The notes below the pieces were generated by a model. The model was not told the origin of the DNA, searched no databases, and saw nothing but the letters and a program-made list of their open reading frames with translations. Positions 48,601-60,600 of a DNA stretch of 64,000 nucleotides are shown here, piece after piece. The stretch covers positions 23,064,001 to 23,128,000 of the forward strand of contig OZ076412.1 in assembly GCA_964187785.1 (NCBI GenBank). The letters run 5' to 3'. The DNA is from Amphiscolops sp. MND2022. Its lineage: Eukaryota. A program made the position numbers and the translations under genes. Position 1 is the first letter of the stretch. The number at the start of each line of letters is the position of its first letter.

Positions 48601-51600
48601 CGTTTGCAAACAAAATTCGCGCCTAGTCTACCGAAATCCCCTTTTTCTATGCAATCTGTGAGCTAATTAGAAAGAAGTGTTGACATATCGTTTCACCAAT
48701 TTCAACAAATTCAACTCAAGATTCGTGAGAAAAATAAATTAACTCTCTGAACGTTCAGAATTTGTGATTGGAAAACAGTTACAGCTGAGAGGTTTTTCTA
48801 GGTCGTTTCGGAGCCTTGAATACAACCAGGGCCTGATCATCTTCATCTGTCGCTTCTCCTTGTTGCACTTCTTCAGCTGTCTGTGCTTCTTGTTTTTCTT
48901 GCTCTGCTTTCTCCTCCACTGATGCAGTTTCTCCAACTTGTCCCAGTACCTCTCTTGCTTCATCTTCACCGTGTGATTCCAGCCAGCTACGATACTTCAA
49001 TACCAACCCGCAATGATGGATGCTTAGGTGAAACTTTTTCTCCATCCGATCTTTGTCCTGATTGAATTTGAACGCCTTGAGTGTATAATACACTGCCTTT
49101 TTAGAAACCAAATCAACGTTGTAGATGTTTGTTGAGACACGGAAGACGTCGTGTTCTCCTAAATTCGATAAGAACTCACGAGACAAACTATAAATGTTAC
49201 CAACTTTCACCTTTTGTAATGAGCGGGAAAAGAACAAATGGAAGTAACTGTCACGTTTGAACATTTTCAATGATTTTACCTGAAATTTCAACAGTTTGAA
49301 TTGACGTTTTTGCCTTTTTGTTTCGATTTTTAGACCTTTTTCTTTGCCCTGATTCTAAATCTTATCCAAGTCCTAAAATTATAGATCTCAACTCGTATTG
49401 TGTTCGTTTTTGACTCTAGAATATTAGATCTTTTTCTTTACTCCCACCCGAAATACAGTAACTTGAAATTCCATGAAGCACCAATTCAAATTTCAGAAAC
49501 ATACTTTGTTGGTGAAATATGATTGTAGTGAACCTGCTGTCCGTTTTCAACCCGTTATCTTCGGTGACCGGAGGCTTATAAATAAAGTCTGTCGGCGTTT
49601 GGCTGAACGCGAGCTGGGTAAAGATTATTTGAACCCAGTCCAAGTCCATCAGTTCAGAGAAAATTGATTTATCAACCATCAACTTGATTTCGTCCTCGTT
49701 GTGTTTTTGCATTGTAATTTGCATTTTGTCAGTGTTTTCCACGACTGTTAGTTCCCTACCATTGCCAGTTCACAAACAAGAAGTTCGATTGATCCATTTG
49801 AACGAATGAGTTGGGGCTGATTGTCAAAGATTTTTCGGTGTTTAGCTCGAACAAAGTTTCGGTGTTCTGTTCTGAGTTGTTCTTTGGGAAATTTGCTGAT
49901 TGCGGGTTTGTATGATTGTTAATCTGTGAGTTGATGGTTACTTTTGTTCATTCAGTCATTTGATAACGGATGAAATTTATTGAAGTTTAAAATCTGATAG
50001 CAGTTGAATTTAATTGAAGTTTAAATTTTTCAAAGAGGCAGTTCAATCATCTTGACACTAGCTAACTGAGTCAATGTTTGAAAAGTATTAAAATTCGGTT
50101 CATTTTCCGGTGTTGTCTGCGATAAAAGACCATTTCGATTGATAATCAATAATTACCATAGTTTATGATCATAATTATTGACTATTTGGTCTCGAAATAT
50201 TTGGCATGAATATGAACTTCAGAAAAGAGTCAGTTTGACCTTTGAGCTTTAAGACTTTGAAAGTTTTCGAGTTGGGAGCCCAAAACGTGCATAAGAAATC
50301 TATCTTAGAAAATTTTCGGTTGGGAGCCCAAAACGTGCATAAGAATTCTATCTTAGAAAATTTTCGGTTGGGAGCCAAAAACGTTCATAAACCCCCCTTC
50401 CTTTACTACTACTATTATTCATATTTCTAGTCGGCGCTTTTAGAATACAAGAGCCGGACTATTACAGTCACTCGTTTTTTAGTTTGTTCAGCTAAATGAA
50501 TACCTCGGAAACGCATCTAAGCAGAGAGTCTCTTTCATTTTTAATTTTTAACGTAACATACAAAACCGGACCAGACTAAAGTGTTCCCCTTTCGATTTTT
50601 TTTCGGCACTGTGTGAGACTTTTCGAAAATGCCTCCAAAAAGTTCCCCTCATTTTTTTTGCAGCAAATCGGGTGTTTAAAAACCCCAAAGAGTCCCCCTG
50701 TTACATCTTTCGGTACTATGAGACAGTTTCAAAATTCTCATTTTTCTCTGAAATTTGGTTTTCTCAATGCTTCATTTTTTCAATACTATTCGAATTTTTG
50801 ACGTTACTTCCGAAGTAAGTTGCGTTTCACTAGAGAGGAAGCTGAGGTTCGAAAAAGCGCTCCTGTCTAGCCCTGCACGCTATATCATAATTTTTGAAGC
50901 GTTTTCAGAGCACCAAAGGCACGCTTTGGCTGTTTCAAAACTGTTGTTCTACATCTTCTTAGTTGTTTGTACTGTTACTTAAGCAATTTTTAGTTGATCT
51001 AAGAACCTAGCTCATCGATCAAGTTATAATGTTGTTTTTTAGAACCATTCAGTCGACACATTTTTTGTGATGTACCTGCTCAATTTCATCAAAACCTATT
51101 GAAATTACTATTCCTCTGTTTTTTCGCGTCATGCGACAATACAATGAAATCCGCGTAGCCTCTAGTGTTTCATTGTATGATCATTTGTGGTCCCTGAATA
51201 AGTTTCGTTTTCTAATATTCCGTACCCCTGCTTGTTGAAGGCAAAGTGATGCTTCATTGTATGCTTTCGCCCATCTGAGTTTCGACTTGACAAAATCTAC
51301 TGCGGAATTCTCAGTTGCGATTTTCCCTTTCGACTTAAATTCAGTGTTATCAAATCCAAACATTCAGGTAGATAGAGCATGAGCCATTCCTTGAAAACTT
51401 TTCAATATTTTTAACCTTCTAAAACCCGGATATTAGAAAGTTCGATTAAAAAAAACACCAATAGTCGTTCCCCTGATGTTGATTATATCCGGGATCCATT
51501 GTAATTAATTTATTTTCATTCATTCTTTTCATTGTGTTTTCAATTAAGCACTGGAAGTTCAAACTGATGATTGGTTCTTGCTCTACAGGTTAACATCAAT

Positions 51601-54600
51601 GATTGTGAACTTTACTTTCCATTCACCAAGTTCTGCGATGGATGTTTGGTGTTTAAAAACGGAATTATTCATCTTTCTTCCATTTTCAACGAAAACCAAG
51701 AAGACTGTGTCTCTTCCATTGTTGATTTCTCCGTGAGCGAGGACAAAATTGTCACTTTTGGAGCTTATCAGGGTCCGGCATGGGGATTGGAAAATTATAA
51801 TTGTAACAACTATTATTTGAATGTCTGAAGGGGACTTCCCGCTTGGCCGAATATCCACTTAGCTGAAAAAAGGGGTTAATGTCGAATTCATAATATCAAT
51901 CAACGGCTGATCAAATTCATTACTCAATTACTGAAAACTATTCAAGACATAACGGGAACGGCATAAGTCTGCGCTCGCTTAAAACTCAAAGTGTTTCGAA
52001 ACAAAGTGCTCACACTGTTTTTCAGTATTTTAATTTGAGGCTTCCTTTTGAAAGTAAAATTCTGTTGCGTTAACAGTCTCTCTTATTTCAAAAACGTTCT
52101 TTCCACAAAACAGCGACAAATGTTTGGTTTCGTAGCATGAAATTTTTGTCTATCAAAAAAATTTTACAGTGTCACAATGCACTCAAATTTGAACTCAAAT
52201 TTTTGTACATTTTTCAAGCTTTTTCAGCATAAACTAATTGAAATGTGTTTTCGGTTGTTTTCTTGAAAATGATTTGAGACGGAAAGTATCCCTTTCTTTG
52301 TTCAGCGGTGTCTCCTTAATTTCAATTGACAAATGAGTTGAATCTACTTCACTAATGCTTGTAGAAGCACCCAAAAAATTCCAATCCCTGAAATTTGAAG
52401 GAACAATTTTGATGCTGACGGCGAAACGCGGCCTGATCAGTTTTGTGAGCAAATATGAAAGACAGCTTCGCGAGTTCCAGTCGGTCACTTCGTTGCAGAG
52501 GACGCTGCAAGAAATCTTCGAGATATATTCGGCTGAACCCGATCAGCAATTGAAACAACTTCTATTAATTTACAGACGTGCAAAATCGTCCAACCAGGGA
52601 TTACCAAAAAGCAATTTGATCACTTGTTAATTTTCCCACGTCTTTTCAACTATTGTTGTTTGAATCCATTAAAAATCAATCGTTAATCGGGACCACATTT
52701 TCTAATGAAAAGTCATCAATCGTTTTTATCTTGCAAGATTTTGCAATGGGCGTTTTAGATTCAACAAGAGAATATTATGTCAAATTCAGCATTTTTTGCA
52801 AAGCTGATGTAAAAGCTTCGTGAATATTTAGATGAAATATGCATTCATGTAGAGGAGTGAATACGTTTATAACGATATTCCAGTTATAGCGATAGAGTTT
52901 CACGGTCCCGGCCACGATGCTAGTATATAACGATTTTCGCCTATAACGATATTCGGATATAACGACTAAAAAAACGCCGGTCCCCGGGCAATCGTTATAA
53001 GCGGAGTTGAGTGTATACAAAAGTTGAGATGCTTTTAAATTTTGGCAATCCCTACTAGTTCTTATCCGCGGCTGAACCTTACATTTCTTCTTTGGCCTTG
53101 TGTATCAATTTAGACGCCATTGTTTATGAATGCGCTTTGTCCATTGCCAACGGGTATCTCGACTACAATGATGCTGTAGCTTCAGGAATGTTTATAACTT
53201 TGAAAAACTTAACCGCGGAAAAATTTCGATTTCTATCCACCAATATAGTGGCGATTTGAACCTATTTGGAAATGCCTATCAAATCAAACATTCCCGTATT
53301 GGAATTCAAATTCATGTGTGTAATTGGAAAAATGCCAAAACTTGAAGAAATTGCTGCTTGTTTTCAAGCTAATGCAGCTGAAACCTTTGAAGACGTTCAA
53401 ATAAGTTTTCATCAGCCTTCGATGTGAGTCATTTTCGAAACATTTGACGGGTTTACATCAAGTTGAAAAGATTTCAAGAATTTTGAGGACATTTGGTTCT
53501 GATTTTGAGGTTAATTTTTTGATATTCCTCTTCTGCAGCTTCTACGCCTACTTTGAATATTGAAAATGTGCTGCAAGAAAAACTGGAAGTGATGGCAGTG
53601 TTTCTGAATTTCTTGCAACAATCGAAGCTGATCGGTCATCTCAAGTCTCTAGAAGAACTTCCGCACTTGGGTGAGTCTTATCAACTTCGGTCAGAATCAA
53701 TATGATGTCATAAAATTTTACTCTGTTCTTAATGCTTCCTGCTTCCGTTAGGACATCGTTTCCTCCTGATTTCCCAGTGGTATCCCTTTAACTACTTGTT
53801 TTAAATTCGCACTTGCTGTTTGGTGGCTGATAATTATGGAGGAAATAAATTTGATTTTTTTAAAAAATTAGTGTTTTAGTATTTAGATGGACTTGCTCCG
53901 GATCTTGAAAACTTGTGTCATTGAAAAGTTCATCTCAACTGCTGAAACAATGACTATGAATATTTCCAGATTAAATTAGCAAATTAGTCCATTCAATTTA
54001 GACGAGCGTGAAACTGAGCTTATGAAATTTCTATTCATTCAGTTTTTGAATTTCAGGTCTCAAACAGCCATTCCCTACGTTGCTTGCAGTATGTCGAATT
54101 TTTGAAAACATTGGATGTATGAAGACCTTTTACAAACTGCATTGCAGCAACCCTTCTGTTTTTGACCCCTTCATTCACGTGGCAGTGGAGAACAGGGGCA
54201 CTCATTCCCATGCAGGTAGAGCATGGACCACTTGAAGTTTTTTTGCGAAAATTATCTGGTTTTTCCTACTAATGTCCATTTTTTTGAACAGGACATATTT
54301 CAAACACATTTAATAGAAACTTTCTTTTTAACACGTTATATGAACCTTAACATATACATTCTGTTCTGAGCGTCTGCAAAAAATGCAGTAATTTATTCCT
54401 GAGAAGCATTTCAAAAAAATTATGAATGCAAATGTTTGAAAAGATCATCGCTTGCAGGTTTGCAATGTGAAATTGCTTGCTCATTAAAGATGGTAAATTA
54501 GGTAAATGGTCCTTGCACTAATAAATCTATGCAGGCGATATCACCCTCAGCTTTTACAAAAATGCATCTAACTTCGAAGAATTGTTCGACTTGATAGCCA

Positions 54601-57600
54601 ATTCTCAGAAGTCAGGCAGCTTGGAGAGTAATTTCGACAACGCAGTATCAATCATGAGATTGTACATTGCTACTTTTGACAAGACGTCGGAGATTAGACA
54701 GCAGAACAAGCATTTGGAAGTGACCGAAGAAAACTTTTGTTTTTGGAATTTGAGTGATGCGTTTGGTGATTATATCAAGTGATGACCATTTTTTAAATGT
54801 GACTCCCATTCCGGGAAGACTAGATTACACTTAAACCTTTCGCATCAAAATAGGAATTCCCTTTTGCCAAATATCTTGTGTTTTTAAGCTGAGATAACTG
54901 AAAAAAAACGTTTAAATGTTTTAGCTATAGTAAATTTCCACGTATCACCCCTACTTTTGATATACAAGAGCTATTTTTAAATGATGCGCATATGAATCGC
55001 ATTCCCAACTTTTAAGTTAAAACTGACTTTCAGGTGCGACTTATATGCGGAGATTTACCGTATATAAGTTCATTTCGATATTTTAAAATCATTTTCTTTA
55101 TTATGAAACTTCCAGTGAATGGTCATCACTTACTCTGATTGGTTTATTCAGGGCGCACTTTGATTGGCTGAAACTGAACGTGGATTTGTTTTCGTCAAAT
55201 GTGACTACCATTGAACTTCTGCAATGCCATTATGACTTTTCTGTGGTCTGTCTCAAGGCTTACGGGGCTTTTTGTGAGCTGCTTTCTAAGGTTCAGTCCT
55301 ATTGTGGTGTCCAGCAATATAATCCAGGGAAAATAATTTTGAGCAATGCTAGATGCAAGTAAACCTGGGCTTTCAGAAAAACCAGCTACTTCGACAATTG
55401 ACTCATCCTACAATGAGCCACGTTGCGTGGAAGTCATCAGCTAGAAATTAATGCATTAATGATTTCATCAAATTCCAGTATCTGGATCACTGAAATTTTA
55501 GCGTTACATTCGTTAACTTGGGGGGGGGGGTATGGTGTTTTGGAAGTGGAAAGAAACTAAGCATCTTTTTAGTTCCTGAAACATTAAGTTGAAAAAAAAC
55601 AGTTGTCAAAGAGACTTAGAACCAGGTGATTTGAAAGTGTGAAAGTCGGCTCTTAAGGCTCAAAACGAACCTACTCTCCGAAGCGTAAAGAATTCTCTTT
55701 TGAATAAATTCTCAATTCCATAGTACGGAAAAATCCAAATGGGGACAAAATATCGAAAAAATGGAGATGATTGAATAATAACTAATTTTTTTTTCAAATG
55801 ATTCTGTCAACATTGAAAGGAAGGACCCCTACGAACAATTAGCTATTTCGTAGGAATTTGATAAAAATTTTGCATTCGGCATGAAATGGTCACTGTGACC
55901 TAGTGATGTTCATTTCATTTTTTAGAAAAAAATGATTGTCGATTTACGCTTTCAAAGTTTGTGAGAAATGGTAATTTAAATTAATTCGATTTCCGATATT
56001 TAAATGTTCATTACTGCTTCAACCAGATTGAAAAAAAGCGACGAAAAGCCACTACAATAGTCGCGTTTTAATTCTTGAAGAGCCAATTAATAATGGTGGG
56101 TTGTAAGTTGTCATTGTGGGGTATTCACAACTGGACATTACTGGCGACAAAGGCTGAGAGAAAAAATGAACTCTCGTCAACGATGGAATCGAGAGTGAAA
56201 GACATGCGATCTATGTTTATATCCTTTTTCGCTGGAATGAACCAACCAACATTCTCACTCGGCTTAGCAGAGAAGTTCCTCGATTTCGAAACTTTGATTT
56301 CCATATGCCTGGAAACGAAAGACTTCGAAAAGTAATCATTGGTTCCACAATTCAGATCACTCATTTGCTTCGATAGCATATTTTTGACTGCAGCAGGGTT
56401 TTGACATGGCTGATTTTTAGTCGGCGCTTTTCTTAAGAAAACAGCCCGACTATTACAGTCACTGGTTTTTTTTATTTAAGACAGACTCGAAGCGACGAAC
56501 GTTAACGTTCAACTAAAGGAAACTAAATACCAAGGAAACGCATGTAAATTATTCCAAAGGATCCCCCCTTTGGTTTTTTACTTTTTAAACGTTACCTACA
56601 AGCCCAGACGGGACTAAAGGGTCCCCCCTTTCGATTTTTTTTTCGGCACTGTGCGACTTTTTTTCGAATTTTTTTTATGTCCCCAAAGGGTCCCCCCTTT
56701 GTGTTTTTTGTTATTTTGCTACAGAATGCGTGTTTATAAATCAAAAAGAGTCCCCCTTTTACATTTTTCGGCACATTTTCCGAAAGAAATTTTTTTTCGA
56801 AAATTTCAAGTTTTCCAAAAAAAAATGTTTTGCGCTTTTTGAGCCTTAGATATAGCGCCGACTCGAGACGTTCCCGTCTTGTTTCTGCTAATCGCTAAAC
56901 CGCCCATTCAAAAATCACTTTTCGCTGAAGTTTTTCTCCAAACTTTTGAGTGTTTGATTTCAAATATCTTCCAAATTCGAAGGATAACTCAATATACTTT
57001 TGCAAGAGAAACAAACTGGAATTTTTATACCGCGTGGGTTTTACAAGACATAGAGTTGGATTTTTTTGATTGAAATTCTTCCTCAGAATCCGACTATACT
57101 CAGAGGAAGAACAGATTTTGATTTTGGACATTCTATCAATTGCCGTTGATTTGAATCGCTGAAAATTTTCTGCGCGGCCGCTAATTAGCGGTGTCAAATC
57201 TCTGTACTACAGATGTACTGGAGGAATGAAGTTTCTTTCGCAAGTATCGCGTTTTTGGCCTTTAGTAGTTTGTATTTTAATAGTGAAATTATGTCAAACG
57301 TTTCAAAAATTCTTGGCAAAATATTTGATCGAATTTCTATAAAATTATCGTTTATTCAGTAGTTTCTGTCAATGGCTTCAATAATGTAATCTACTGCCGT
57401 GAGCTTTTTCTTTATGGTTATTATAGCTTTCGTCTGTTTTCGTTTTGGAAATACTAAAATACCGAAAATACAGTACTGTGATGAAAGAATTGACCCCCTT
57501 ATATTTCCAGCTCATATGTCTAAAACTACTTGAGGATCAGGAGAAATGCTCCCGATAAAATTGCAATTTAATCTAGTTTATAATCTTGTTTGTTTAAACC

Positions 57601-60600
57601 CTATGATAAATTTTGCATGAGTTAACTTTACCACCTCTCTAAATATTAGAATTGACATTTGGTTTGCGATCTAAGTTTTTGGCTTCTGCGTAAGTTAGAA
57701 ACAAGACGGGAACGTCTCAAGTCGGCGTTATATCTAAGGCTCAAATAAAATCGAAGGGGGGACCCTTTAGTCCCGTCCGGTTTTCTAGGTTACGTTTTAA
57801 AAGTAAAAAACCAAAGGGGGACCCTTTGAAATAACTTAGATGCGTTACCCTGGTAATTAGTTTCCTTTAGTTGAACGTTAACGTTCGTCGCTTCGAGTCT
57901 GTCTTGAAAAAAGAAAAAAAACGAGTGACTAATAGTCGGGCTCTTTTATTAATGAAAGCGCCGATTAAAAATCATGATCAAATTTTTTTTAATCTTCCGA
58001 TTCATCGCTGTCAACTGATTGCATGTCGAACTTTTAGGCCCTTAGCGTTCAAACTTTCGAAGAAGAGCGACAATCTCCACTAAAATGTTTCCGGTACATG
58101 TATTAACAAAGTTTTCGAGTTTAGTTAGTCACTTATGATATTATGCTCATCGGCATCTTGAACAATATCAAAAAGTAAGCAATGACAAAAAGTAAGCAAT
58201 GACTTCTGCTTACATGTAGAAACTATTGCTTGCAAACTTCTCTGATACTGTTGGCAAGACTTTCAAAGTTATAGGAATGTAAATTAGACAAAAATCCGAG
58301 AAAATTTCATTATCCTATTTTGAAAAGGTTGACAGTGTTTCGAAAATTCGCAAAATCATTAGCTGTTCCAGACTTTATTGCCAAACAGGGGTTCCATCCT
58401 TTTACGATAGGACTGTATCTATGTACGAAGGTATCATTCTATACTGAGATGAACCAATGATCACCATCCTGAAGGCTGAGCTCTTATCGGCAAATGTTCC
58501 ATGACGAGGAATTTGATGCTTACTTGATCCAGATTCTTTACAATCAAGGGCGCGTCCGCACTCTGGTGACCTTAGATTCGCCTTTATTAACTCCTTTCCT
58601 CAAAGGTTGGGTGAACAAATGGATCGGTTATATTCATGAAATTGTACACTTTTCTTCTATTGAAAAAAGCTAGTTTTTTGTGCAAATATTATTGATTTCA
58701 CCAGGAGCATTACAATATTTTAACTCTTGAGACACCAAATTTTCGGAGTTTGTTAAATTTTCGGAGTTTCGGTTATGACCAAGTAAAACGGTAATGCAGT
58801 TTACTGAAGCAACTGTTTGTTCATTATCAAAACTGAAAGAGATTTATACCTCGAATGTCATCGCAAGTTGTATTCTCCAATATTCAATTTTCAGTTCTCC
58901 GGAATGTATTTTCAATAGCTTTTCACCCTAGAACAAACTTGAACTTATCTGAAATCAAATAAAATCTCATAAATTGCTGTATAACCCTTACCACACATTC
59001 ACAAACACATAAAACTTTTTTGCAAAAAATTTTAAAGCAAAAAACATCTTATTATGCTCAGGTTTCCTCACGAAAAGCGCTTGAGCTTTTAGGAAAATTT
59101 TATGGGCTTCATATTACATTTTTTTGTGTCTTTCAATGTAAACCCTTATTCATTATATTGTGCTGCCCTCTGATGAATTAAATTATTAATGTTATTACTT
59201 GTAACAAAATTTCACCCAACCATAATGCGTTAAAGATGTTCCCCAGTTACGTTGGGTGGTGGAAGCCCGCCAGAAAGAGTGGAACAAAGCCACTGAGACA
59301 CTGTTGGAACTGATTCACAAGAACGGTCACTCATTCACATTCCACAAGAAACGGGTTCTCATGGCGTTTGCCAAAATGTACGCCATGATGGCTCACTACG
59401 ACAAAAATGGCCATGTGTTTCGCAAGATCGAATCCATTTTTCAAGTAAACAGGATTCAGGTGAGAAGCTCTAACATGAGATTTCATAAACTGGCGTTTTT
59501 TTAATTGTTTCAAAAGACAATGTAAGGGTAGGAGGTTAAAACATGTTCGCAATGAGTTTTTTGTACTTCCCGATGAAACCTTTAAAATGTTTTTTTCAAA
59601 AATTATTTAAATAAAAAGAATCGAAATAAAACATCGTATGCCGACATCACAATGTTGAAAAAAGGTAAATACTAAATTAATATAAAAAGTATATGTGGGG
59701 AGCATCTACCTGGCATCTTGTCTAGAAAGGGTATGTATTTTCAAAGAAAAATTTATCGATGGTAATTTTTATTAATTCAAGAAAAATATGAATGTTGCAG
59801 ACTAACCTGCCAGATTTGATAAAAGCCAAATACGCGCTTCAAGATGATAGAAAATCTCCGGTGCTGGATGCGAAACAACTCATAGACCTGCTCCTGGAAG
59901 CCGTTGTTAGCACCCTGGCTCTCGATGGCACCAACGTCGATGATGCTGTCAAATACACCCTCTCTGCGTTGTATCTTCTCGATGAACTGGGTTCGTTTTC
60001 TACTCCTGCACAAAGTGATGAGAGGTCCTTTGTATCATCCAGAAATAATTGTATTTAGCATTCGACGCAAGTCTTTGCACCATTACAGTTGAGATTTTGT
60101 GTGATATAAGCTCTTTACGAAATACTTGCGTATAGTGAATTGAGATTGCAATCCGATCGATATATAAAAACACTTGTGAAGTTCGGAAAAAGTGAAGCAA
60201 ACGCCATTTGATTAGGTTTGTGGCCGTAGCTCGTTTTTGCTCAAGTATGATGCCAAGCCTTCAAGTTTTCAAATCAACAGTACACAAAATTCAATGAATT
60301 CTCGACTTTTTTTGAGAGCATCAAACTTTTATCTGAAAGCACTATTTAATGTTTCACGAGTTACTTCTCATTGATTTGAAGCATAGGATCAGTAGTTTGG
60401 ATGTCAAAACAGTGGTGGCAATATTGCTTGTGAATTTCAGGAGATGAGAAGGTGAGTGATATGGCTAAACTGAGTATTTGGGCTGTTGTGGTTTCTGAGA
60501 CTGACTGGGAGCGAGTAGACATGAACAAACCAGACTGCTTGACTGCTGATCTCAGCAAGACTTTCTTCTTCAGAGTGCTTTCAGCCGTTCACCAAACGAG

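Larger units (their letters stand above)
46188..49589. repeat. Near-identical 1,698-bp tandem duplication
   Basis: ORF pairs 46683/48381 and 47081/48779 are offset by exactly 1,698 with identical translations. AAGTC microhomology at the junction (47886-47890). Confidence 0.95.
35613..50410. mobile_element. Non-autonomous Polinton/Maverick-type element (14,798 bp) in Nup133 intron 2
   Basis: TIRs 35613-35801 and 50224-50410 (about 5 differences by eye), termini AGTAGT/ACTACT, and a 6-bp TSD ACTATT at 35607-35612 and 50411-50416. No recognisable pPolB, integrase or capsid inside. Confidence 0.85.
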
